Under the pieces are notes generated by a model. It was not told the origin of the DNA, ran no database searches, and saw only the letters and a program-made list of their open reading frames with translations. A stretch of 63,169 nt of DNA, counting the filler, from Lenisia limosa (lineage: Eukaryota; Protista; Breviatea): assembly GCA_001655205.1 (NCBI GenBank). It is 17 parts of 17 records of this genome, joined end to end, with 100 filler letters (N's around TTAATTAATTAA, not from the genome) between each part and the next. Parts side by side here need not be neighbours in the genome. Positions count along the whole stretch, not along the records: positions 9,062 to 14,067 come from LPNZ01008312.1; positions 14,168 to 16,673 come from LPNZ01002644.1; positions 16,774 to 26,868 come from LPNZ01005407.1; 14 more parts are not named here. One strand, 5' to 3'. A program made the position numbers and the translations under genes. Below are positions 11,761-23,500 of this stretch, piece by piece. The number at the start of each line of letters is the position of its first letter. The first letter of the stretch is position 1.

Positions 11761-13945
11761 GGTTCTTGGCTTTATAGCCATTGCTGCAGTCCAGATCCAC
11801 TTCAACTCCGATATCACCTATCCAGCTTCAATGTCATTTTGGGCCGTGCCGTGTATCCTGGTGGGGTACTTATTATCTCTACATACAGAGATGCTGATCT
11901 TTTTTTTTTTTTTGAGCAAGAGAAATATTAAACATTAAAAATCTGGGAAACTAATAAATACATAGCGATACCATGAAATAGATCTTAGGTAAATTTTTCG
12001 AACTGTAGGGAAACACTAATTAGTAGATATTATTGAACGAGCTATATTGCGGGTGGGACACCCCAGGTTTTTCTCTTTTTGTTTAATGCAGTAGGTATTT
12101 TTCGTTTTTGCAGCGGAAGCGGACCATTTATTAGCCGCTTCGATCGTTCCGTCGGTTCTGCCCAAAATGCCATCTTTCTCACAACCTTCATCCATGGTTT
12201 GCGGGGATAATGGGATTAGTTTGGCAAGTATTATTTCAACAAGAAATAATATAATACTAAATGGCTAGGTGAACAAATAAATCCAAGAGGATACCATGAT
12301 AAATGATTAATATTGCATATTTATAAGATAGACGTTGGGAATCTGCTCTGCAGATGATTGGCGAAATACTGGGTTTCTTCAAGGGGTTTACTTATGGTTT
12401 CACATATTATATGTCTATATTCTCCAATCGTTGTGTGTGTTTATACCCCCCTCACTTAAATCATTATTCAATATGGTTCCATATAGCTACATGTATATAC
12501 TATATGTAGTAAGTTATGTCTATATTCTCCAATCGTTGTCTATATGCTCCAATCGTGTTCATACTTTTTTGTTCTTCTTTTGTTATTTTTTGGTCCAGTG
12601 TGTGGTATGTTTTCACCCCCCCCCCCCCTNNNNNNNNNNNNNNNNNNNNNNNNNNNNNNNNNNNNNNNNNNNNNNNNNNNNNNNNNNNNNNNNNNNNNNN
12701 NNNNNNNNNNNNNNNNNNNNNNNNNNNNNNNNNNNNNNNNNNNNNNNNNNNNNNNNNNNNNNNNNNNNNNNNNNNNNNNNNNNNNNNNNNNNNNNNNNNN
12801 NNNNNNNNNNNNNNNNNNNNNNNNNNNNNNNNNNNNNNNNNNNNNNNNNNNNNNNNNNNNNNGACAGGCATAATTCCTGAAGGGTGAAGGGGTCATAATT
12901 AGCGCTCCCCCCTCCCCCGCGCATTATTTTCTCAAGCAACCCCATCTTCATAGCATATTCCTCCCTTGCGTGCAATTGCAAAATTTGAAGTGGGACATAT
13001 CTCCATTTCAGACACTCTACTAATAGTATATTATGGACTAGCATCTAATATTTTTCGATAACTGATTAAGTTATATTTGACATAGTACCTCTTTTAATAG
13101 ATAAGAAATATAAGAAGAGAGGCAGCTGATATAAGCATTATTCAAACTGACATCCAATCATTTTATCCTAACTAAAATCACCACCTTATTTTCTCAAATC
13201 CCAATATTTTTTCGATCTAACACTCCCTAGGACAAGTCAGCCCGAGATGTATGTCTTATTTACCTGGTGGTGACATCATGCGTCCACCTTGTCCATGAGC
13301 TTCTTCCCTTTGTTACGGAATCCATTTGGTTAGTGTGGGTTTATTCCCCCACATTCAGTTTGTGATTAATACCTTTACGCCAATATTCTTCATCGNNNNN
13401 NNNNNNNNNNNNNNNNNNNNNNNNNNNNNNNNNNNNNNNNNNNNNNNNNNNNNNNNNNNNNNNNNNNNNNNNNNNNNNNNNNNNNNGTAGTATCAGTTCT
13501 ATGAAGTGTACAAGCGTATTCCGGATTTTTATGACATCGTTTTTCAAGTTCCAAAAGCCTACACTTTACTCACCCATTGCAGGGAAGTCTGCCCGATTTT
13601 CTACCTGAACTACCTGCTGATGTTTATTTTCATTGTGTTCATGACTACTTCCAGGCCGACACAGGAGGAAGGAGGTCAGTTTTATTTGCGGTATTTTGAA
13701 ACGTCTGTAGTGTAAAAATGGACCTTATAAAAAAATTAACACAAAAATACCACTTTTATCTCAATTGTTTTTTTCTTTCTTTCTTTTTTTTACATACTAT
13801 TATATATACTTAATTAACAATTCACCTTATCTTTAGCTACATCAGCGACTTTCGACCTGAACTTGGCCGGAACCGCTCTTGCGTTGTGCTTCACTTTTGA
13901 CTTCCTGGGGGTGAGTGAAGTGGCGAGATCTTTTGGAGACTGGTC
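11761..13945 (+). CDS. Uncharacterised, probably membrane-associated multi-exon protein fragment
   Basis: Spliceable exons VLGFIAIAAVQIHFNSDITYPASMSFWAVPCIL, SGSGPFISRFDRSVGSAQNAIFLTTFIH, YQFYEVYKRIPDFYDIVFQVPKAY..., ATSATFDLNLAGTALALCFTFDFLG. Confidence 0.4.
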
Positions 13946-13968
13946 GTACGATATACGTATCATATCAT

Positions 13969-14055
13969 TAGGGATTTACTTCGGTTCGAAATATTGATAA
14001 TTTTCGAAGATTTATAGAGAAATTCAGCCTCTTTTCGAACCGAAGTGAAGGCCTA
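13969..14055. mobile_element. hAT-type MITE family M1 (short copy) with perfect 8-bp TSD CATATCAT
   Basis: TAGGGATTTACTTCGGTTCGAAA...TTTTCGAACCGAAGTGAAGGCCTA flanked by CATATCAT at 13961-13968 and 14056-14063. Confidence 0.85.
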
Positions 14056-14503
14056 CATATCATATTTNNNNNNNNNNNNNNNNNNNNNNNNNNNNNNNNN
14101 NNNNNNNNNNNTTAATTAATTAANNNNNNNNNNNNNNNNNNNNNNNNNNNNNNNNNNNNNNNNNNNNTCAATGATCCTTGTCACAACAAACCGGCACGCC
14201 CCATGTGCGCCTCCAGGAAAGGTGGGCTTTTTGGTTTTTTTTCAGGCAAATGGTTGGGATAAGGCTTTTTGTGTTGTCCATTTTGAAAAGGGGGAATGAG
14301 GCAAAAGCGGCTTGAATCACTTTCTCTGTTGAAACCCTGCTTTTAAATTGCGTAATGGTTGAGGAAGGGTTGAGGTGATTCAGCTTGATAGCATAGCAGC
14401 TAGTAGACTGGTCGTATCCATCAATATGTCCATAGAATGGAAAATTGGTCAACAAAGTTGATTTGGGCTTTTTTCTCTCATAAATTTTCCTGTTTTCCCC
14501 CAG

Positions 14504-16340
14504 GTACTTTCCAGAAGTTCATTTTCGTGATGACAGACGCTTTGCCCGTCTATGCGGCCGAAAATTACTTCAAAGATTTCACTGCGGATGTTTGTGGGGA
14601 TTATTTGTTCACCTCGGATGTGGATGGGGAGCTTCAAGAACTGCCGACGGTTCTTTCATTTTGTTCTTTGTTTCATTAAGAGTAGTGGGGGAATGTTTTG
14701 CTGACTGCAATTATATAGTGTAGTAGAAATGATATAAAACAAGGTGTATTTGGACACTTCTAAGAGATTTTAGATTATAGTATCATAAACAGTGTAATTC
14801 ACGCAATCATTTGCCTAAATGGTGAGATTGTTTTGCTCTCGTCTTCAGGGACATATGGTTTGCATAAACAATATTTTATAGCCTGATACTACCCCATTCC
14901 TGATAATTGACTTTTTAGGGTCACGGTGAGGTCTTCAGGCTAATGATTAAAGGCCTTCTTTTGACACATTCAATTTTCACGTCTTTTTTCACCGGACAAG
15001 TGGGGAGGAAGGGGATGTACCAAATTACATTGTATTTTCTATTGAAAACAAAGGTTATATACTTTTAATTATCAAATTGTGTACAGTCTGATGAATCCTA
15101 TGATATCAAATGCTGTACAGATACCTATTATATACTATATTTATATCATATGTATGATATGATGTTTATCGATATAACTATATAATATTCTTTGGAAACC
15201 AATATTTTGATATTGTAGCCCCCTGTCAACTTCCGTTATGATACGATCAAAGCTGACACGTTGTTTCACACTGTCCAAAGAAGGTGGAAGGGGGGATATC
15301 TCGTATCCATTATCAGAGTCTTCAAATGTGAAGTCCTCCTATTTTTGTCGTTTTCTGTGGATGTTTCTTTTTTGTAGTCAACTGCTGGATCTCTATGATC
15401 CTAGTTTCAATAGAGATACTGCAAAATAATCAAGTTACATTATTCTCAACCTGTAACCGTGTAGCTCTAAGCACCAAAACATGCTATATCGCGGCATTGC
15501 TAACCCGTGTTTGAACCTTTTCGAGCCCGAAACAAGGACTAAGATTTTCCACACGATCAATGACACTACCCCTATTGGTATGAGGGGATTTTAACCTTTT
15601 TTTTTTATCCCATTTTCAAGGAAAATTTTGAATGACAGATGATTGGTTTGTATTTAGGAGTTTTTATTTACTGGAGTTTTCATTTACTGGAGTTTTTATT
15701 TACTGGAGTTTGTTTTTACCGGGATTGTTAATGATGATGCAGAGGAGTCGATTTGCGAGTTTTGGGACGACTTCAATGTTGAGGAGCTGACTGCGAACAG
15801 CACACAGGTTGGTTTTTATATGATATATATACATATNNNNNNNNNNNNNNNNNNNNNNNNNNNNNNNNNNNNNNNNNNNNNNNNNNNNNNNNNNNNNNNN
15901 NNNNNNNNNNNNNNNNNNNNNNNNNNNNNNNNNNNNNNNNNNNNNNNNNNNNNNNNNNNNNNNNNNNNNNNNNNNTACAATATTCCCATACTTAACAAAG
16001 CCCCTTTTTGTAGTAGTTTCTCAACTAAAAATGCTACTACAATACAATACCGCAAGCGTAATAGTGTGGATGGCTTTGGCTGATACTACCTATTTTATTA
16101 TTTTTCTTTTCTCCATATGAGGAAGTAGTGAATTAATGTCATATCCATTGATATAACGTTTATTCATCGCTATTTTTATCCATAATCCCCTTGCAGTTTT
16201 TTTATTATTATTATTATTATTTTTTTATTATTATTTTATTTATAGAAATCCCCTCACCCCCCAGATTGAGGAGGAAAGTCTCATCAACGACCCCGGTAAA
16301 ATCCCGTGGTCTCCCCGCGTACATCCAACATTGTTCGGAC
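14504..16340 (+). CDS. Uncharacterised multi-exon protein fragment (weak resemblance to an alkaline-phosphatase-superfamily first motif)
   Basis: Exons TFQKFIFVMTDALPVYAAENYFKDF..., IFHTINDTTPI, GIVNDDAEESICEFWDDFNVEELTANSTQ, IEEESLINDPGKIPWSPRVHP. FIFVMTDAL loosely resembles the VVLVLIDAL motif of PIG-O/G-like enzymes (inference only). Confidence 0.25.
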
Positions 16341-17163
16341 AGGAGTGGGGGGGGGGGGNNNNNNNNNNNNNNNNNNNNNNNNNNNNNNNNNNNNNNNNNN
16401 NNNNNNNNNNNNNNNNNNNNNNNNNNNNNNTATTACACTATCATTATTTCACTGCATTGAGCGGTATTATAGCATTAACACTTAAAGCATAATAACAACA
16501 TGATAACACAGGCACATATTAGCTCTTATCTCTGAAGCAACGGGTAAGCTCTTATCTCAGTAGAAATGGGTAGTCTGTTTGTGATCCTATCTAGGGCTTC
16601 CCTACGGTCTGAGAAAGACCGTTTAAATATCGATATTTATCGAGGATTTATCGAGAAATTCAGTCTTTTTTGGNNNNNNNNNNNNNNNNNNNNNNNNNNN
16701 NNNNNNNNNNNNNNNNNTTAATTAATTAANNNNNNNNNNNNNNNNNNNNNNNNNNNNNNNNNNNNNNNNNNNNAAAGACTGACAGAATTCCTGAAGGGGG
16801 GGGGGTGAAATTGGGGAGGGGGGGGGAGTAAAACGAAGGAAATTTGGATGAAGAATATTGGCGTAAAGGCACAAATCACCGAAAGAGGGATATAATCACG
16901 AACCGAAGGAGGGGAGGATATAATATTGTAAATAATGAAACAAGTTGGTTTTGCTGTTTTGGAAATCAGTACTATTGAGAAAAGAGGATGATGAGATGAG
17001 GAAGAAGCGAAACAACTCAGATTAGAGATGAGGAGATCCTACCAGAGGAATCGGAGCTGTATACAGCGGGAACCTGCTGTGGCATATAACGGGCATAGTC
17101 TCAACCTTTACAAACAATTCTGCTGGAGACTCAGGGGGAGTGGGATCCTGGAGAAATAAGTGG

Positions 17164-17468
17164 AGTACTCCACCATCAAAACAAAGAGAGCTCTACTGGC
17201 TGAGTACTCATCAAAACAAAGAGAGCTCTACTGGCTGAGTACTCCACCATCAAAACAAAGAGAGCTCTACTGGCTGAGTACTCATCAAAACAAAGAGAGC
17301 TCTACTGGCTGAGAACTCCACCATTAAAACAAAGAGAGCTCTACTGGCTGAGAACTCCACCATCAAAACACAGAGAGCTCCATTTGCTGAGAACTCCACC
17401 ACAAAACACAGAGAGCTCTACTGGCTGAGAACTCCACCATCAAAACACAGAGAGCTCTATTTGCTGAA
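17164..17468. repeat. Minisatellite, 8 units of 35-39 bp
   Basis: Unit GAGTACTC(CAC)CATCAAAACAAAGAGAGCTCTACTGGCT; the first four units alternate long/short; there are no unique spacers. Confidence 0.95.
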
Positions 17469-19074
17469 TATCGAGGGCAGTTTTACAACAATTTGTTTTA
17501 TGGTTATGTTTTATTCACAGAAAGCCCTCCAACATCAGGCATGTTTTCTTTGAAGAACTTCAGGAGAAGCCCCCATGATTCCTCATATGTCACATTACCT
17601 GGGGAATTAGTATTCATTTTACCAAAAGAATTCGTGAAAGATCTGTGGGGCCTCTTTAAGTCAATCGAAGATATGGTATGTATCAATAAAGTATCAATAA
17701 ACATACGTGAAAAAGCCCAGAAATCCACCCACAGCTTTGGTCAATGACACAAAGACGATCATTGGAGTAATCAGGACTTAGGTTTCCTTGCTGTGAAAGG
17801 GGGGAACGCAGGAGGTTGACAAGCTGGTCGGAGGCTAGAGAGGGGTGGGGGGTGGGGAACGCGGAACAAGAAAACCAATATCAAAAACTTGGTGCATCTT
17901 CGGGCTGAGTTGAGGGGATGATGTCATGAAGAAATGATAACGGTGGCAATTTGCGCCTCAAACCTGTTTCAAGGAGGTTTGACGAGACATTGAGAAGATC
18001 AATCCTACGTCGTTAGCTTGAGTTGAATAAACTGTATATGGAAAACAAAAAAGCAATTTGAATATATGGACATAAATCCAAGTATGCCTCTTACGAAGAC
18101 TCCGGGTCAATACTAACTCGAGCCACCATGATCAAAGAACTCTTCAGCTTCCCAAGCACATCGTCAACCTGGGGGGTGAGAAGAAGAAGAGTACAACGAG
18201 ATATTATGGCACAGTAATAACGGGAATATACATCCAAAATCCCACATTATGTTCTTCATAACAATTTTCGAGGCATGTGTTAATAATTGCGCGACATGCT
18301 GTGACAACTCCTTCTTCAGCCTAATTGGTGAAAACGTGTTGCCAAAAAGAATGGTGCAGTTGGTCACACCACCTTATCATCTGAAATAAAAAGCCCAAAA
18401 TCCTGAAAATAAAGGCGTTGGCAGGCGATTGCTGCACTATAACCAGTTTCACCAAAGAGAAACACAGCCGAAAAAGAGTTGATCCCTGTAACACAAGCAA
18501 ATGGCCTCCTCCCCCGTTTAATTGAAAGTTAACCTTCATTTCACTCACCTCCTTGAGCTGAAGCAGATCAGGGGGGGATGAAATAGCCTAAAAACAGTTA
18601 ATAAAAAAAAGCGCCAAAACCTCAAACCGTCATTTACTTCTGTTTCAGTTCGCTACCTATCAAATAATACAATACTTCAATACTATTTCACCCTCTTTTG
18701 AGTTTTGGTGTCAAAAAAAAAAACACTAAATCAAGGCGGGCACAAGAAGAATTTCCGGTCGCCAAACTATGTCATTCACCAAATTCCTTTTTGACCAAAA
18801 TCTCAGAGTGTTTCTTCCATTCTTTCATTTACTGTACACCTCATACATAATGTACTAAATTAATATTTATAGGTTATGAGGAAGTAATATACCTTAAACA
18901 TTTAGTTGGCAATTAAGTGAAGGACAAGTTTGACAGATCTTGGCCAGACTCTGGCTCAAAAATGCCGAAAAGGGGACAGAACCCTAATCCGGGGTACCAA
19001 AACCCAAAAGACCTGAAGTACAACTTTACAGGCTGCACAAATCACTTCTTACCGGCTAATTCGCTGCCAGTTCC

Positions 19075-20385
19075 CACTCTACGCCATAAAAATGACGGTA
19101 ACCCACTCATTGAACCGGAAAGAATGTGAGTTTGGCGCCTTATTATCTATCTCTTCCAACGCTTCAGCAATTCTTACTCACCTTCCAGTAATGCTATCCT
19201 CGAATCAGAGTGTTCTCCAGAAATGGTGAGTTCACAATGGGTGAAAGAATGTGAATATGCCTTCTCCCTGGAAGACTGGCATCAGCCTTTATTATAATTA
19301 TTATTATTTTCGCTTCTCAGTCTTTCCATTGGGTTAACCATAGAAATTATTGAAACTGTAAGGCACCATTTACGGATAAAATTTATCTCTCTATATGTTC
19401 ATAGTTATTCTCTTCTTTCATAACCTAATAATATGTACCTCAAGGTGTTAGTCTTCTATCATTCTGACGACTTAAATAACTATTTAGGCCGAGCAAATGG
19501 TCCAAATTCTCAGTGCACCAACAGCCCACGAGAATGCAATTAAGCGGAACAAAGAAGCCTTGAATAATAAGAAGGTCCAACCGAAGTCGTCGAAACTGAC
19601 CCGCCAATTAGAGAAAATTGATGGTGGTGTTATCGTCAATCTTGGAGGTGACGGGGTGCTGACTTGATCATGTTCTTTTCATCTGTTCTCCTTACATTTC
19701 AGAAATAACACCGGTTAAGCAAACTTCTGCCCCTGCAGTGATTCCTGCTACTCCGAAAAAGAAGCAAGCCATTAAGACCGAAAATGTGGAAAACAACACT
19801 CCAATGGTATTTGAATCATTAGAGCCTTTGCAAACTATTATAACAGTTAATATATTTCAATAGATGTCAATAAATAAATAAAAAATCCTTAAAAAAAAAA
19901 ACCTGAATTTTGAATGATTTTTATCGCATTTTAACGCTTCAGCCTCAAAAGACTCGCAAAGCTCCAGTACCCAAGGTGAGCAAACATTTCCTTTTCCTAA
20001 ATTTGGTATGATAATTAAGAACTTTACCTTTGTATATTTCGTCATCATATGTAATACCCAGGACTCGATTAAAGCTGAGCCATCCACACATACCCCACAG
20101 AAAAAGAAACCTTCGCCAAAGGTACGGGTGTGCTGTATCTGTTTAGTTATAGTCAAGCCTGGTGACTCGTTTCTTTCAAACAATATTGTCCTGGGTTTAA
20201 TTGATTTGAGAAAAGTTTGCATGATTTACCTGAACCTCTCTAGAAAAATCGCAGTGTTCCTTCAGATCCTGATGTTTCTACCCCAGTAAAGGCACAGCAG
20301 CCGAAACAAGCCGCAACCCCCGGAGGTTGGTTGGGAAGACTGGGTAGTGGGATGTCTGATTTCTAGCACCTTCTTATTTTTTGAA
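19075..20385 (+). CDS. Uncharacterised multi-exon protein fragment with K/P/Q-rich C-terminal exons
   Basis: Exons AEQMVQILSAPTAHENAIKRNKEALNNKKVQPKSSKLTRQLEKIDGGVIVNLG and EITPVKQTSAPAVIPATPKKKQAIKTENVENNTPM bounded by AG/GT. Confidence 0.35.
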
Positions 20386-20541
20386 AATATCAATAGATAA
20401 CTCTGATGTCCCCCCCACCCCCCAGTGTGTGTATATACTATATGATATGTATGTGGGCAAATGTTAAGGAAATGTAGTACAATATCATGTGTTGGGTGTG
20501 ATAGTGGGGCAATAACTTGAGATAACGCTATTAGGAACTAT

Positions 20542-23500
20542 TGAGACGGCAAGCAGGGTCCGCCGCAAGGCTAAGCCAAGCCAGCGTTCCCTCTTGGTAA
20601 GAGGTTTAAACTAATGTTCAGGTCCTGCTTTTTGCTTCATTGATGCTACCTAAAGAGTTTTGTATTTTGAAATGTTTGCTTAAGTGTATCAAGAAATATC
20701 AGCATAATACCTATCATATAAAGACTATGTGCACAGAGTTGTAGACAAATGATTGGGTGAATTAATACTATAATACATTTAATCCAATATCTCTTATAAG
20801 CGTCATTGCTATATATCAGATAAAGAACTAGCAACTTACGATATTAGGCGCGTCAAAGTCAAAATGATGATCCCAATTCACCCGTCGGTAAGTCGGAAGG
20901 AGTGTTGCGGACGTATCACACCATTCAAAGTTAACAGTATTATCATCATGCTGTTAATGGATGGGAAACAGTTCAAATCAAAACTGCAAGCAGATAAACT
21001 TGCTTTTTTCAACGTTCTGCAGGTGGCTATTAAACTCACCTCTTCAGAGCCGCAATCGCAGGTGATGGTTGATGTCTCAGCTCCATCTGCACCCGCTGAA
21101 CACCACCCTGTTCCTCAAGTCCAAAAGGTACTGTAACCTCGAATTACATCCTTTGCCACATACCAACATCGTGTTATAATAACATCTTGTTAATAAGATA
21201 TAAAACGATAAAGAACCCTTACTGTCGATAATATTCGAGGATTATTCGCAAAATGCGGTATTTTTATATATCGTAGGGAAGTACAAATATAACTAGCTAC
21301 ATATATTGATATGTATATCACTACAACATTCTTGAAATGAAGCTTAATAACAATCGAGTCTTCACCACCACACCTCCTTTGATTTAATTACGGCTGGAAG
21401 AATGGCTTTGGATTCGTATTTATTAGACACTGTGCAATATTCCCAACTGTTTTAGGTGCGGTCAGTGTCTAAGGGACCGGAAGACGACTTGCCTGGGGAC
21501 CCTGGTGGGAGGCGTGTTAAAATTGACTGTTCTTCTTATTAAGCTCTACGAGAACGGCTTCCCGTCAGTCCCTGAAAGACCGAAGTTCTCGATAAATCCA
21601 TGACAAATGGCGATATTTTTTAACCCACTTAGATGGAGTATTTTCAACGCATGGTTTTGCTCCACTTGGTGCTGTGATGGAGGTCATTTTCAAGGCTGAT
21701 GACATTGCTGAGTGAGGGGGTTTGGTTGCTTCTTTTTTGCGAGAGGTGGTGTGATTTTATACTTTGGTTTCTTTCCCCTACTGAAATAAATATCCTTTAT
21801 ATCAACGTGGACAACCCAGACCAGAGACATTTCAATTTTCAAATTCAACACTTATACATTATACCTACTCCCAAATACTTAGGGCTCCGTGCAATTGCGA
21901 GATATATTATTATGGCAACTCCATTTCAGACACTTTCATTTCAAATTTTTTTAATCAATTACATTACAAAATTAATTTCACGGATCCCTACTAATACCAT
22001 TCCTCCAATCAACGCTGTATTGTCCCTTACCGACCTAGCCCTATTGCCCCGCACGTCACCCGGCTCTTGGCTGAGGTTTCGCGGCTGAAAAGGCCCCTTG
22101 CTGAAGTACTGGGGCAAAGGAGTGCTTTGTTGATATGTAATATGAATTTTGTCTCATGTAATGTTATATAATATATATAATGATACACTACTACAAAGCC
22201 GTTAGAATGTATCGTATCATGTCTTTAATGACCGTCTGCCTGTTTGGCCATTCAACCCCCTCATGTTAACTGTAAGACACCCGATTTGTACTGGTATGAA
22301 TCGTTGCAATACCCTGAAGAAAATCAATTGTGCTTCTTAACCTTTTGCAGGCCCCCGTGGGCCCGGTAAGCCGGTTGCTGCATCTTCTATCATCGGTGAT
22401 CTCTGCCTCAAGGTCACGTGACATCGATCTCTCCGTCGAACACAGAGTGGGAGGAACGGCTATATTTTATGCTGGGGAGGCAAGCAGAAAGCAGTTTTTA
22501 CAAAGTTGTAAGGCAAATGATTGGGTGAAAAAATATTTTACTCTAATCATACCACTTATAAGCGTGATGGTGTGGTCGGCTTCGGTCAGNNNNNNNNNNN
22601 NNNNNNNNNNNNNNNNNNNNNNNNNNNNNNNNNNNNNNNNNNNNNNNNNNNNNNNTGCTCCATATATCATATTTTATAAAGGCTCCAGTCAGATGAGTTG
22701 ATGTTTAGCCTCGAATGTGATCCACTTTTGACACACTCAGCACCATGGCAACGTAAACAGCGCCCTGTCCAACATCATTTGGAGTATGGAAGCCTCTTCT
22801 GCCGCCCTCACTATCCTGTCGCACGCCAACCTTGACTCAAAGCTCTACAGCGAGGAGGTTTGTTACTGCTCCCTGATACCACTCTTTTTTTGAAGTTATT
22901 ATTACCATCATTTCCAGTCAAGAACTCTTTTTTTGAAGTTATTATGACTCTTTTCCAGTTGCTCTTCTCTATACAAGAACTCTGGGTGCATCAAGCCCAT
23001 CACAACCTGTTCCCCGTCTTCGACTCGGCTTATCTGCCGTCCAAGGCCGAAATTGCCCGGAACGAGTGCCCCACCACTGAAATGCAACGTGGGAGGGGGG
23101 AGAGGGGGGGGGGGTAAACTGTTTTATTCGACAAAAAATTTTGTCCGAAACATGGACCCAATTCGCCCTGCTGTAACCAGGTTTAGCGGAGTCGTCGTCT
23201 GATAGTGAGCCCGAAAAGCCTGTACGCCGCCCCGCTAACTCCAAACTCAAAGTATTTGGGGCTGGGATTGTTTCACTCCAGTTTTGTTATGAGAGCATAC
23301 AATCAATCAGTTATTATATATAATAACTAAAACAACCTATTTGCTGACTTGTTGTATTTAATAGACATTCCCCCTTGTGCATTCTTCGTTTTATTTCAAT
23401 GGTCAAGTCAGCATATTTCCCTTGCATTCTTCGTTTCTCCTTACATATCAGGCTGCCAAGGGGTTCCGCACAGCAGACATCGCCAAGGAACCTCCCAACC

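Noticed and set aside
17164-17468. Regularly spaced ~39 bp repeats resembling a CRISPR array
   Set aside because: Units are contiguous with no unique spacers, the context is eukaryotic and no cas genes are present; it is a minisatellite.
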